Positions 1 through 14,278 are shown, numbered from the whole stretch's first letter. The stretch: DNA of 63,060 bases, filler included, from Stramenopiles sp. TOSAG23-6 (GCA_900128565.1; 22 parts of 22 records of this genome joined end to end with filler, not necessarily neighbours in it), one strand, 5' to 3'. Made by a program: numbers and translations. Notes: generated from the letters alone by a model not told the origin.

Positions 1-52
1 GTACCTAACAAATTTTTTTAGATTTTTTTTGAAATATTTTTCCAAAATACAT

Positions 53-538
53 ATATCGTCTGGTAAATCGATGTTTTTGAATTCATTATATGACAGAAAT
101 AAGATATCTTTGATGGCAAGAGGCGGGCATTTATTGCATGTATGTTTTATTTTTTTTCAAATTCTATTTGTTTTTTTCGTACGAAATTTCGTACCTAACA
201 AAACAAATTAGATTTTTTTGAAATATTTTTCCAAAATACATAACCAGGATTCAAAATCAAATAAACTGTTATTGTTGGCAAGAGGAGAAGATCCACTTGA
301 TGAAATCATTGATACAATTATTGATAATGATAATATTGTTTCAAAAATATCCGACACTCAACACAAAGCACAACATACATTTTCAAAACAAAACAAACAA
401 TACAAACAATATGAAAAGACATCAAGAATTGAAAAATCTGTACTCCATCCAAATATCCTAGCCATGAGAAAAACACGAAATAGTTTGAGTCGTCCTTTAT
501 CACCTCTCTCTACAATTACTGTTTTATCGTACAAATAG
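53..538 (+). CDS. 3' part of an uncharacterised gene (exons 53-139, 242-538)
   Basis: Removing the family intron 140-241 joins ...ARGGHLLH|NQDSKSNK in frame; stop TAG at 536-538. Confidence 0.55.
140..241 (+). mobile_element. Introner-like intron, GT...AT
   Basis: CAT|GTATGT...TTTCGTACGAAA...TACCTAAC...GAAATATTTTTCCAAAATACAT|AAC; close to the family consensus. Confidence 0.85.
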
Positions 539-644
539 TTTATACAAAAATGTTTTCATTGTACTATTTTATAAATCTTGTATTTTTTATTGTATTTTTT
601 ATTGTACAAATAATTAAATTTTAATTAAAATTTTGTTTTTTTTA

Positions 645-2679
645 CTATTTACAATTTTCTTCTTGAATTGCTTTTGAAAACATTACAAATGTAATTTCTG
701 CATTTTTGATACATTCTATCTCAATCGACTCTTTAATACTCAATGATTTTGAAATGACATCATTATTATCTTTTTTATACCGTAGACAAGTTCGAACAAA
801 TTCTAATACAGCATATATTTTGCAAGATATTTATATACATTTACATGGTTTAGTACACACAAATTCGTTAGGTACAAAATTTCGTATGAAAAATACATTT
901 GAATTTGAAAATAAAACGTACAGCAATCATTTTTTCATCTTTTTTATCGTCTTCATCAATACCCAAAAATTCTATAATATGTTTCAGTTTTATAAAACCA
1001 GATCCATCTGCATCCATTTGTTCATATGCATTGCTTAAGGCCAAAGTATTGTAAAAATATATTCTTATCATTTCAATTTGTAAGTATTTTTTTTTGGTTG
1101 AAATATTTTTCNATTTACTCAAACATTTAAAAAAAATTACAAAAACAAAAAAAATAATCTACAAACCTTAGGGTTAGGGTTCAACATACATGATTCTTTA
1201 TCTTTTAGTTGATCTTCGACCAATCCAACTAAAAGTTCTGATAATCGAAGTGACTTTGAATCATCTTGGTCCATGTTTTGTGAGAAATACTTTTAAAAAA
1301 ACATTTAAATTTCTGTTAGGTACAAAATTATCTACGAAAAAAAAAAAATTAAATTCTAACTTTTTTTTTTTTTTTTTTTTTTTTGAATTGTAACAAACAT
1401 TGTTCGAAATATTCTTTTTGCTGAATCAGAATGAACTCCATATTTTGCAAATTCTAATATCAACTCTTTTTCATCAATTTTACCATTCTTATCTTTATCA
1501 ATATGACTAAAATATGTATTTTGGAAAAATATTTCAAAAATTTTCTATAAAAAAAAATTTGTTAGGTACAAATTTTTTTACCAAAAAGAAAAAAAAAAAA
1601 TAAAATAAATTCGATTTTTCTGTTTAAAAAAAAAAATAAAACATACATGATGTCAAGTCGGATACTAAAGATCTATCGATCGATTGTACCATAATAAGAA
1701 AAATTGCTTTTTTTACAGTACTAAATTTTGATGCAATTTGAAGTCTTGATAATAATTCTCTTGTATTAAATCGTTCGCCATATTTCTGTATAGAATTTTT
1801 ATAGTTATTTTGAATCCACGGATGTGCCAAAGCTGATTTTGCAGTCATTCTCTGGCTTAAATCACGATCTAATAATTTCGATAAAAAATCTTTACAGTTG
1901 GGTGATGAATTTTGGAAAAATATTTCAAAATTTTCTAAAAAAAAAAATTTGTTAGGTACAAAATTTTTTTTTTCCCGTAAAAAAAAAAAAAAAAAATCGA
2001 TTTTTTTGTTTAAAAAAAAGAATAAAACATACATTTTCTTTTCCAAATTTTCGATGAAAAATTTGGATTTGCATTTCTAATTTTATCAAAGATTTCGTGT
2101 CTATCTTTACCCATAAATGGTGGATAACCTACATGTATTGTAGATATATATTATACAAATTTGTTATTTTTATTAGTTACGAAATTCTAAAAAAAAAAAT
2201 TCTAAAAAAAAAAATTCTAAAAATTAATGAATGAAAGATTACATACGAGTAAAATATAGCACAACACACCAAGTGACCACAAATCAGCAAGTTCATTATA
2301 CAAACCATCTAGTATTTCAGGAGCTATATAAAAAGGTGTACCAACAATACTTGTCATTAATCCTATTGAATCATTAGGGTTAGGGTTTGAATCATTAGGG
2401 TTAGGGTTTGAATCATTAGGGTTAGGGTTTGAATTTTGTGTTGACGTCCGGATAGGGCGACCACCAACACGAAATCTACGTCCAGAATGAATCACAGGCT
2501 CTGATGTTTTTGGTGTACTACTAGACGTCAATGACGTCATATCTATATGTTCTGTATTATTTTCTACATTCTTTATTTGATGATTCTCTTCATCAAAAAA
2601 CTTTTTACTATAACCAAAATCAATCAGCTTGATAGGCTGTTGACATTTCCTGCCTCCAGATGAACATTCTGAAAAAACT
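645..2679 (-). CDS. Calcium-dependent protein kinase (CDPK-like), 5'-partial, 7 exons
   Basis: Kinase motifs [29 protein letters not shown], then EF-hands ([20 protein letters not shown]). Frame is restored by removing 813-921, 1044-1189, 1273-1398, 1514-1646, 1905-2032 and 2133-2246; a further partial intron starts at 2680. Confidence 0.9.
813..921 (-). mobile_element. Introner-like intron, GT...AT
   Basis: GCT|GTACGT...TACCTAAC...CAAAATATAT|GCT; in-frame join MIA|AVLEF. Confidence 0.8.
1514..1646 (-). mobile_element. Introner-like intron, GT...AT
   Basis: CAT|GTATGT...CCAAAATACAT|AT; restores [12 protein letters not shown] (EF-hand). Confidence 0.85.
1905..2032 (-). mobile_element. Introner-like intron, GT...AT (ends AAAATTCAT)
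   Basis: Restores [12 protein letters not shown]; the AC preceding the terminal AT is mutated to TC. Confidence 0.85.
2133..2246 (-). mobile_element. Diverged family intron, GT...AT
   Basis: CTC|GTATGT...CAATACAT|GTA restores the kinase motif YILLVGYPPF. Confidence 0.85.
2368..2430. repeat. 3x 21-nt tandem repeat containing (TTAGGG)2, encoding NPNPNDS in the CDPK
   Basis: GAATCATTAGGGTTAGGGTTT x3. Confidence 0.95.
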
Positions 2680-2752
2680 ATATATTGTAAAGAAATATTT
2701 TTTTTTTTTTCAACCTCATAATTTTTTTTTGTTAGGTACAACATTTCATATG

Positions 2753-2797
<45 letters not shown>

Positions 2798-2897
2798 NNN
2801 NNNNNNNNNNNNNNNNNNNNNNNNNNNNNNNNNNNNNNNNNTTAATTAATTAANNNNNNNNNNNNNNNNNNNNNNNNNNNNNNNNNNNNNNNNNNNN
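2798..2897. other. Artificial contig linker N44-TTAATTAATTAA-N44 (first of 21 in the window)
   Basis: Identical 100-nt spacer with stops in all six frames recurs every ~2.8-2.9 kb; flanking contigs decrease steadily in length. Confidence 0.98.
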
Positions 2898-2949
2898 TTT
2901 TGTAAAATTGTATTATTGTTATTATTATTATTATCACTCATGGCATTAT

Positions 2950-4060
2950 CAAATAATATTGCGTGTAAAGTACTATCAAGTAGGAATAAAATGGGTATTA
3001 GATATATTGATACTTTAGCACCGCACGACGCAACAGGTTTATGTAAATGTATTGAATATGGAATTTCGTCACCAGATAGCATCGTAGGTTGTTTTGCAAT
3101 GTCTGCAAGTGATTATAATTTTTACAGCCAATTCTTTAATCAAGTATTTAGTTGTTTGAGTACTAATAATTGCCCCAATCGAGTAAAACATCTGACTTGT
3201 TGGAATTTAGATAAAGATGCAGTAGCCAAGCCTATTGATAGCTTCGTTCCATGTGTAATTGGACTTACTGAGAATAGAACAAAACTATTCCTTGATGTTT
3301 TTTCTCTATTACTACATGCAAAAGACGACACTCATAATTCTAATATGAATTTAGGTTTATCAAAATATCAATTTAACCTATTTATTGAAGTTGTCTGTGG
3401 TTGTATGATAAGTAATGATTGTGCAATACAAAATGGATGGTGCTTTCAGGAAGCAGATAGTAATAATAATGGATATATTGAAGTAGATGCATGGTTACGA
3501 TACTGTCAAGAATGTGCTTCAAAATATAATATGTTTATTGAAAATGCTATTAAACCATTTATTGTCAAATGTAAGAATAATGGTGACATTAATAGTAATA
3601 GTATAGAGAGTATCATAAGTAAAAATAATGATACAATAGATGACATGCAAAATAGGTTAAATAATATTGATAATGCCATGAGTGATAATAATAATAATAA
3701 CAATAATACAATTTTACAAAAAACAAAAATTGACACTGATATTATAAAATGGTTTCAAACTCATTTAAGAGTATTGCATATCACCCAAGCAACTGATTTA
3801 TTCATTGACTATGATTCAAATGCTACGAAACAAGGTTTTATCACAGTAGGTGAATTTGTATTATGTTTACGTAGAGCAGGTTTAAGTACAACAAAAGATG
3901 CTTTAGAAGAATGTGCAGCTATGAGTGAAGTATTGTTTGATCATTTATTGATGAAAGCTTCTACAGCTACGCCAACAAATAGTCCTAAATCTATTGCTCG
4001 TAAAGCAATCTGTAATGCATTATTTACAACGCCATTTAAAACTATTTATAATAAAATACC
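2950..4060 (+). CDS. Fragment with a phosphagen (arginine/creatine) kinase N-terminal-like domain and EF-hand-like motifs
   Basis: GLCKCIEYGISSPDSIVGCFAMSASDYNFYSQFFNQV resembles the ATP:guanido phosphotransferase N-domain; DSNNNGYIE EF loop; ends fall at inverted-repeat junctions. Confidence 0.55.
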
Positions 4061-5694
4061 ATCTGTTATTAAAGGCCTTAATACTTGTAAAAGATGATCT
4101 TCCAAAATTAAACGATCTTTCATACTCATATCGGTCATAAACCTATCAACCGTTTTTAAAGATTTTATATTTTTCACATCCTTTCCTTCAAAACCTTCCC
4201 ATTCGGTATTATTCTTACCTCCAGTCGTAGGTTTCCCAGTTTTCCTGCTCAATGCAAATGTCGATGGTTTAATTATATTTCTACGTAAAGATTGTAACAA
4301 GCATACAGTACCTCGGGGTCCTAATGTAGATAGATTTTGAATACCTAAATATTCTGGTGGAGGTGCAAGTGTATAGGGTTCAATAATAATATTATAATTA
4401 TTTGCCTGACATTTTTCTAATAGTGTATCAACTTCAATTTCGAAAGATTTCGTGTCTCCTTCATATAATCTTTTACAATACTCCAACCAATCGCGTTTTG
4501 TTATAGTGATATCCTCATGTATAATATTATTGTTATTGTTTGATTGCAACATGAAACATTCATACGATTCAGCTTCATTTGTATTCATTTTGCATTTCTT
4601 CACTTTTTCATAGAAATATAAAAAATGAATAGCTTTGATATTTGACTTGCTTTTGATATCAACTATATGATCAAATATTTTGTATATTTTGTCAACTAAA
4701 TATATCGGTAAACCAATAACTTTTGCAGCTAAATAAACTTTCATTAAATATACTTTAGCAATAGCTACCATTTTCCTCACATTGGCCTGAATGATTCTTG
4801 CAGCACAATTTTTATTTTCTGTCATTAATAATTCTTCTTCAGTTTGTTTCATCCAATTACTTTGTAATCGAGGTGTTTTATCAAATATCATATTTAACTT
4901 CTGACATAATAAACCGAAGGATACTTGAGGTATATTTGTTTTTGAAAGAAAACTATTATTAGTAAAGAGTGATTTGATATTATTATCTGTCAAATCAATA
5001 TTCGGTTGAAGTTCACTGATAAATAAACGCAATACTTCAAGAAATACTGCATAAGAAATTCCTAGTGGTTGCCATGTAGTATCTATAATTCTATGTATTT
5101 CGCCAACTATGAGAGAAGCAACAACAGTATAAATTATTGACCGTAACAAAGATCGCAATTCACTTTTATGAACCCACTTTTCAATACTAAGTAAACTTCG
5201 ATGAACTTCACTTTCAGTATCACAATTCTGTTCCCATGATGATTCCATTAAGCATTGGAACTTGGTCAGAGCCTTTTCGCCCGTAATAACACGTGGCAAT
5301 ATCTTCCATTTAGCAATGACATAATCAGTAATTGCATTTAAATTTACTATTTCTGTATTCGAAGAATTTAAATTATTTGTTTTTTTTTTGATATAAGTTG
5401 TTCCCACATATGTTCGAGTTTTTTTTGCGAGGATGAAAACTTTTCGATACTTACAATCATGGACACATGTACTTTAAAATTATCTCGTTTTATCCTTTTA
5501 CGAATTTTCCTTGCAATTATTCCACGGTATATTTTCTGTATTTTGGCAACAGTTTCATGTATTCCTACTTTAGTTGTTGTACTATTTGAAATCCATTCTA
5601 TTGTATCTTGTAAATCTTCATTTGGTCGTATGACGGTCCCATTTTTATTAACAGCTGGTATTTTATTATAAATAGTTTTAAATGGCGTTGTAAA
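4046..5694 (-). CDS. Fragment with IQ motifs, probably the continuation of the 2950-4060 gene after an inversion
   Basis: Begins FTTPFKTIYNKIP, identical to the end of the + strand ORF; IQ motifs KIQKIYRG and IIQANVRK; one frameshift in the homopolymer near 5385. Confidence 0.55.
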
Positions 5695-5889
5695 NNNNNN
5701 NNNNNNNNNNNNNNNNNNNNNNNNNNNNNNNNNNNNNNTTAATTAATTAANNNNNNNNNNNNNNNNNNNNNNNNNNNNNNNNNNNNNNNNNNNNTATTTC
5801 AAAAAAAATCTAAAAAAAATTGTTAGGTACAAAATTTACTATAAAAAAATAAATTCAATTTCAAAATTAAAAAAAAAAATAAAACATAC

Positions 5890-6333
5890 ATCAGTTCGTT
5901 TCTTTTTCCATGACTCACTCAAATCAAATTTATCAAGGTTTACACCTAGTTTAGATGAACCAGACACACAAAAATGAGAATCTGTGTAGTACAATGTAGT
6001 AGTTATATTCAATTGACCTGCTATAGTACAACCTATCCAACCAACGCCAAGTGCTTTCAATATTGGTGCATAAGAGTCTGATAAGTGCTTAATTGGAGTC
6101 CAAGCTCCAAGTAATTCGTGAAAAATGAAGGGTTTTTTCAATGAGGGCAAAGTATCTGTGCTTGAATAATTTAGGGCCTCTTTACTTTCAAGGTTATATC
6201 TAGAATCAGCAATCTCATCGAACGAAGAATTTTGGGTAGGTACCTCGTGTTCGACTTCATATGGATCGACGTATTTTCCATCTGACGAAAATGACGAATC
6301 AAGCTCAGAGTCAGTTTCCGTGGAAGTACTCAT
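5890..6333 (-). CDS. Lipocalin/fatty-acid-binding-protein-like, first exon
   Basis: LLGAW...SYAPILKALGVGW resembles the FABP N-terminus; exon ends at a family donor GAT|GTATGT (5889). Confidence 0.5.
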
Positions 6334-6589
6334 ATTTCTGTTGAAGACAATGATACAACACTAGTAGAACTATAAAAATTCATAAAATGCTATAGAGTCG
6401 TAATTTAAAAACGAGAGAGAGCTCAGCCAGATAAACGTTAAAAAACAAGATCTCATCTCGAATTTTGCGTTTGATTGCGAAAAAATCGGTTTTTCGTGTA
6501 GACGCGATATTTGATTTGACTTTTTGACTCCTTCAAATTTAATTGCCTTCCCCCATTAGATTATTTTTTGCGGAAAATTTTAAGGAAGA

Positions 6590-8538
6590 ATGAGACTATG
6601 GGTTCGGAATGAAATATTTGACCATGCCCCTCCACGTAGTTTACTTAGACTAAGTTTATCAAATGTCAGGGAGTTTGTTAGTAAATTGCATCAACGAATC
6701 AACAAAGATAGAGCGACACAAACAAGTGAAATTTCTTCCGACATGTTATCTCCATGCTGTTTTTTCGCAGAGGCAGACTTCATAATAGTAGCTAAGCAAG
6801 TTTTCAAATGGAGAACTGCCGAAGCAAAAGTAATGTTTCAAATGTTTACTCTTTTTGAGACGAATAGAGCAAATGGGGGAAAGCGTGATGCGAAAATATG
6901 TTCAAGTCCAAGGTATGTGAGAAAACATCGAATAGCTCAGATTGGGTTATTTCTATTCATTCACACATACTCGAAACCTGCAGCGGCATCTCCGATGACC
7001 AAGAAAGATATTAATATTCGCTGGACTGAAGAAAGTAAGGAATCGCAGATTTTACGTTCACCGCGTTCACCCCGTTCACCTCGCGGATCTTCACCCCGAT
7101 CACCGGTGTCATTGTCCCCAACTCATGGAAACTGTTCTCCGTTACATCTTGGCCCGTTGTCACCTAGAGCCTTATCTCCCCGTGCAGCGTTATCCCCAAG
7201 AATGGTATCTGTTGATCGAGTATCTTTAGAGTCACCTCGTGGTGCTGCTTTGACGAGGAGATCAACGGAAGATGCTTTCAGACTTCACTTTGTAAAACGT
7301 TCATTTAGAGAAATTCTTGAGTTTTTGCAACCAACTGTCAAAGTGACTACCGCTAGTAAATCTGACGATACCGTTACTATGTTGACTAAAGAACAAGTCG
7401 ATGATCTCGGTTTTCTTCTTAATGGTGGTCCTGATTTTGAGCACGAGTTAGCTCATGGGTGTGGTGTGAGCGCTTTATCTCCTTGGTGGCGAGATGGAGA
7501 TAATACCCAATCAGTATCACCCCATGTGGTACAAGATTGGGTTGAGAGAAGCTTAACTATAAATGAACTTGCATATCCACCTCCACGTTTAGGGACCCAG
7601 AGAATGAGGAGTCCACAGCAAAAACGACAGAATGGAGGTGATGGTGCTGTAGGAGTGGCTCCTGGTGTAATTCGTAAACTTGCTCATCCACTCCAAATTT
7701 CTGAGGTTCATTCTACTGTAATTAAGCAACCCGCCGATACTCATGGTTCAGATTCTGATGTTTTCATCAACTTTTGCCAAAATGCTTATGTATATGTATT
7801 GGCACCTGTTCGATTTGTTACACTTTTGGGCTGTAGTAATTGTACAGTAGTTGTAGGTGCAGTTAGAAAATGTATTACCACAGAACATTGTGAAGGATTA
7901 ACAATCATTTGCGCTGCTCGGAGAATCCGTCTATGTAATAGTGTTGACAGTACCATATATACATATACAAATGAACAACCACTTGTTATGGGCGATTGTC
8001 GTGGATTATATATGGCTCCTTATAATACCTACTACCCGAACCTGGAAAATCATGTTATTGAAGCTGGCTTAGGAACAGCAAAACAGAATAGTGATTCTAC
8101 TGTAGCAACTGTTTCATCTGCGACTACTAATGATAATTGTACTGTGAAAGAGAACAATTTAATGGGGTGTGAAGGTAAACAACGTCATGAAGGTAAAACT
8201 TCAGCTTCGAGTACAACTTCCTCGGTATATCGAGAGAGAAAAGAAACAAAAATAGAAAGCAAAACAGAAAGGAAAGTCCCATTACAGTCAACTATTGAAA
8301 ATAAAACTATTCGGAGCCAAACTCAAAGTAAAAATACAGACATTGAAGATAATAAAATGCATAAAGGTATGCGTTTACAATTGTCACCTAATCTATGGTC
8401 GCAACCATTGTGCCCATCTAAAGTTCTCAAGGTTCGCGAAATGAAACTCTCACCGGAAAAGTTTTTCACATTTGCAGTTCCGGTGTTAGTCAATGAAAAT
8501 ATTTCTGAAAACTCTTGTATGATCAACCCATTCCCAAT
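6590..8538 (+). CDS. TBCCD1: TBCC domain-containing protein 1-like, 3'-partial
   Basis: C-CAP/cofactor C beta-helix CQNAYVYVLAPVRFVTLLGCSNCTVVVGAV...APYNTYYPNLE; ends at a family donor (8539). Confidence 0.8.
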
Positions 8539-8690
8539 GTATGTTTTATTTTTTTTCAAATTCGAATTTTTTTTCGTACGAAATTTTGTANNNNNNNNNN
8601 NNNNNNNNNNNNNNNNNNNNNNNNNNNNNNNNNNTTAATTAATTAANNNNNNNNNNNNNNNNNNNNNNNNNNNNNNNNNNNNNNNNNNNN

Positions 8691-9770
<1,080 letters not shown>

Positions 9771-9928
9771 ATACTGATACTCATACTGGCGGTGAGTTGC
9801 GAATGGGTATCTTTCCGAAGTATGAAAACATAAAAAAAACATAATAAATGAAAAAATGTAAAATTTGAAATTATTTTTACAATTGTAGTTTGTTCATACT
9901 ATTAAATTATTCGAGAATCACNACTAAT

Positions 9929-11484
9929 TCATCCACCCTTAATTAATTGATCCATCAGGTTTTTAAATTCGTTTACATTCAATCCATTGTCATTATCTTC
10001 GTCAAGCTCAACCAGTAGTATAGCCAATCTTTTATCAGATATATCGCCTTTGCCGACACAGTACAAAGCATCCTGCAGCTCCCCAAAATCTAGTGTATTA
10101 TTTTTATCAACATCAAAATGCCCAAATACACGTTCAAGTCTATTATGCCTTTCATCTACTGTTTCACCACCTATTGGAGGTTTCTCGCACCTTTTTTCCA
10201 ACATTCTTCTTCGGTTTTCTCTCAATCTTTTTATAGTAGAATAAGCAATAGACTTTTTTGCTTGAATTATAGCATTTATTTCCTCCTTTGAAAATCTTTC
10301 AGAATTGTTTTCTTTCCACCACATTAAGAATCCTTCAAATGTCACGGCATCATTTAAGCTTGTATCATATAGTTTCATATCTTCAAAAGAAGATTTTTTT
10401 AAAGTAGTAACAATTGATGATATCTTATCATTGTTTCCTTTATCATTCAGTTGTAATGTATCTCCTATAAGTTGTACGAGTTCGTTGACTTCTTCTCGAT
10501 CTAAATCATTTGAATTATTTGCATCCATTTGATGAAATATTTGACGAATTTGCTTTTCCTCATCTTCGATAAAAATTTGACTAATTCGTTTTCCCTTTTC
10601 ATTTGATACACCAGCTGCTGCTGCTTCTGCTTTTGCTTTTGCCTCTGCTTCTGCTTTTGCATCTGCTTCTGCTTTTGCATCTGCTTCTGCTTTTGCATCT
10701 GCTTCTGCTTTTGCTTCTGCTGCTGCCTCTGCTTCTGCTGCTGCCTCTGCTTCTGCTTTTGCTTTTGCTTCTGCTTTTGCTTTTGCTTCTGCTGCTGCTT
10801 TTGCTTTTGCTTTTGCTTTTGCTTCTGATTTTTTGTTTCTGCGGAAAAAGTTCCGAACTGATCGACCACGTTGCCGAGATTGAATTTTTGTAGCAGCTTC
10901 ATCTTTTATAAAGCAATATTGCCTCCACTTGGATATTATTCGAGAAGCAGCATCATCGGGAGATTTAGCAAAACTTTCAACTACTAAGTCTAAAACCTGC
11001 TGTTTTGTTGGATATTTGAAAGTTAATTTTTTCTTTTTTTTTGCATGTTTTTTAAGAAGTTTTAATATTTGAATAAATGCTACTTTAGATACATCAGTCT
11101 TATTAATACCTGTCAAGTACATACCTGGTTTAACATTACCATTTGCTTGTATANNNNNNNNNNNNNNNNNNNCTCCCTTTTTCTTGTTTATAGCTGGTAT
11201 ATCGGAAAACCCTGTCACCATAGCGCCAATCTTCCCCGGGCCTCTTTTCAATTGTAAACCCAAAGGTCCAGGCTTGCACTTCACAACGACCTTATATTGA
11301 TATCTTGCTGCTTCTTTAGCTTTTAGCTTTTCTTTTGCTTTTAGCTTCTCCTTCGCTTTTGCTGCTTCTTCGCGAACTTGGCGACCACGTTGCCGAGCTT
11401 GAATTTTTGTAGCAGCTTCATCTTTTATAATGCAATATTTTCTCCATTTCGATATTATTCGATTAGCTGCTTTTTCTGGAGATT
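9929..11484 (-). CDS. IQ + PDZ-like + EF-hand protein with an AEAKAK low-complexity linker, 5'-partial
   Basis: KIQARQRG/KIQSRQRG IQ motifs, PGPLGLQL PDZ loop, EF loops DANNSNDLDREE, DVDKNNTLDFGE, DEDNDNGLNVNE. Confidence 0.75.
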
Positions 11485-11584
11485 NNNNNNNNNNNNNNNN
11501 NNNNNNNNNNNNNNNNNNNNNNNNNNNNTTAATTAATTAANNNNNNNNNNNNNNNNNNNNNNNNNNNNNNNNNNNNNNNNNNNN

Positions 11585-11770
11585 ATATAGGATTTGTACC
11601 ACATTCATTCATTTCAATACATATAGGATTTGTACCACATTCATTCATTTCAATAGTTGTTGTATTTGTACCACATTCATTCATTTCAATAGTTGATGTA
11701 TTAATACCACATTCAACCATTTCAATAGTTGATGTATTAGTACCACATTCATTCATTTCAATAGTTGTTG
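11585..11770. repeat. ~5x 36-nt coding tandem repeat
   Basis: Unit ...GTACCACATTCATTCATTTCAATAGTTG... repeated. Confidence 0.9.
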
Positions 11771-12967
11771 TATTCGTGTTTGTATCGCGTAATTTTTTAC
11801 TTTTTTTCTCTACAATTGAAGAGACGATTCGATATATAATTGCTCTTTTTTTTTAAAAAGTTTTTTTCACCAACGCCAATTAGATCAAGTTCATCCAGAG
11901 TTCGTGTTTCATAATGATTTGTATTTGTAGACATATTTTGTGTACGTGGTCTCATATTTCGTGTTTTTGTGTATATATCTGTATTCGTTCCAATACTTTT
12001 TTTTTGTGTTTTCTTTTTTTCAATATTTTTTTGATTTTTTTGATTTTGAATTATGATATTTTTTTCTACTACTCGATTTCGTGCATTTCGTAAGTCCGTT
12101 TGAAGTGTTGAATTCACTTGTACTAATTTTGCATTTAATTCCGAAAGTGCGATACATGCATTTTGAAAAAATATTTCAAAAAAAAAAAAAAAATTTTGTT
12201 AGGTACAAAATTTTTTGAAAAAAAAAATTCAATTTCAATTTCAAATTAAAGAAAAAAACAAAAAAAACATACATTCTTTTTGATATTCTTGTAAAGTATT
12301 CGAATGTAAATTATTATTATTATTATTATCTATGAAATGAGCATCTACATTTTGATATTTTGTTTCCTGATTTTGATGATCACTATTATTATTATTATTA
12401 TTATTATTACAAGCAAATGTAGAGGTAGTGTTACCATTATGCGTCGCTGGTCCAGTAGGCAAAGTTTGTGAAAATGAAAGTGTAACTGCAGCAACGTCAT
12501 CACTACCAAGATCATTTAAATGTTCATTTAAATGTTCATTTAAATGTTCATTTAAATGTTCATTTAAATGAACATAACTTCGATTAGTGTTTGAGTGTAC
12601 TACCAATGGCGTGTCTTTTTCATCATCATCAGTATATTGAATAATTGTATGCTCTTGACTATTATTCGATGGAGTTTCAATAGTTTGATGTTGTTGATTT
12701 TGTAGATTGTCATTCGGGTTATTATCATTAGGATTAGGGTTTTGTATCTCCATTTTTTTTTGTTTGTTGTGTTTGTTTTGTTTGTTGTGTTTGTTTTGGT
12801 TTGTTGAAGGTAAAAGTGTCAATGACAGTTGCTTCTGTAATTGTTTATTTTTTTGAATGGCACTATCTTTTTCTTTCTGTATAGTTTGCACGATATCAAC
12901 ATGTGCATTTTGTATATCATTCATCCGTTTAATTTCTTCAGCCAAATCTGTTTTTTTTGACAATATT

Positions 12968-13003
<36 letters not shown>

Positions 13004-14278
13004 GTAAAAAATTTATACAAAAAAAAAAAAAAATTAAAAAATTAAAAAATTTTTCGTGTAAAAAAAAAAAAAACATATAACATACAGAAACACTTTTGTT
13101 TTGCTTTTGTTAACTCTTGTTTTAAATTTTGTTCTGAAGCAGCAGATGCTTGGCATTGTAAATGTAACCTCTCTTCATATTGCTGAACTATTCCAGATGA
13201 TGGTAGATGTTGATATCTATTTTTTAAACTCTGAATTGTCGATTGAGCTAACTGCAAATCCGCTTCCGTACCTCGTAACTGCTGAGATAAAGAGTCAGCT
13301 GTTTTTGTTGCTGCAACAGCTTGTTCTTTATTCTCTTTGGCTCTTAACTCTACCATTTCATGTATTTTGAAAGAATATTTCAAAATTTACAAAAAAAAAA
13401 AAATGTTAGGTACAAAATTTTCAAAAAAAAAATTAAAATTTTTTTTTGGTAAANAACCAAAAAAAAAAAAAAAANAAAACATACATATTTTTTTGAAATA
13501 TCTTTGACAAGTTGGCCCAATTTTGTATTGCTTAATTTTTCGGCAGACCATTTTTCTTCAACACTGCAAATATTTTTGTCACTTTCTCGACTTTTTTTCA
13601 AAATTTCTGTCTTTAACTGATTGATTTCACGACCACGAGCACATAGTACTGTATTTTGGAAAAAAATTTCAAAATTTTCTATAAAAAAAAATTCGTTAGG
13701 TACAAAATTTCGTATGAAAAAAAAAAAAAAAACTTCGATTTTTTTTTTTTTTTGGTAAAGAAAAATAAAATAAATAAAATAAAACAGACATGTTTGTGCT
13801 TGAGAATTTTCATTATGTAATCTTTTAATTTCATCCCGCAATGAATTTGTCGTATTCAAATCACTCGAGTGTTGTTTGGATAGTTCGGCATCTAATTCCG
13901 CATTTCGTGACACAATTGTTGCTAATTTCGCTCTTAATTTCGATACTTCCAATCTAGTTTGATGAAGGATTTGACCACGAAGACGTTCAAGTTTTTCTCT
14001 TGTAAGTACATTTCCATCATGTGTATTGATATTATCTTGATCATAGCCTTCAGTATTCCATGAATGATTAGGATTATCAAATTCTATTTCGTCATTTTCG
14101 TCATTTAAATGTCCGAACTCGATTTGATCTTCTAAATCATTAATTTTGGATTGAAGTAATGCAATTGCATTTGCGTTTTCAGCTCTTTCGTTATTAAATG
14201 TGAGAATTTGTGCTTCTGTATGACTTCGGGTAAATTCACTTTTTCGTAGTGCAATTCGGAGTTGTGAGATTCTCTCAA
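11585..14278 (-). CDS. Coiled-coil protein with C-terminal IEMNECGTNT repeats, multi-exon, partial
   Basis: Frames join across introns 13649-13789 (GT-AG), 13360-13484 (GT-AT), 12948-13085 (GT-AG) and 12156-12272 (GT-AT); homopolymer frameshift near 11850. Confidence 0.65.

Noticed and set aside
140-241. Ciliate-like internal eliminated sequences excised from DNA
   Set aside because: Sense-strand orientation and the asymmetric donor and branch motifs favour RNA splicing; not formally excluded without reads
1624-2046. Shared peptides such as FFVRNFVPN, YEILYL and MKYFSKIH in many ORFs as a protein domain
   Set aside because: They are translations of the repeated intron in different frames
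2798-2897. Regularly spaced TTAATTAATTAA palindrome as a biological repeat or CRISPR-like array
   Set aside because: It is always embedded in fixed N runs, so it is an artificial six-frame-stop linker; gene neighbourhoods across linkers are meaningless
10501-10902. Poly-Q/K and poly-L ORFs (also 43660-44463, 45054-45872, 60620-61423)
   Set aside because: They are alternative-frame or antisense shadows of low-complexity coding repeats
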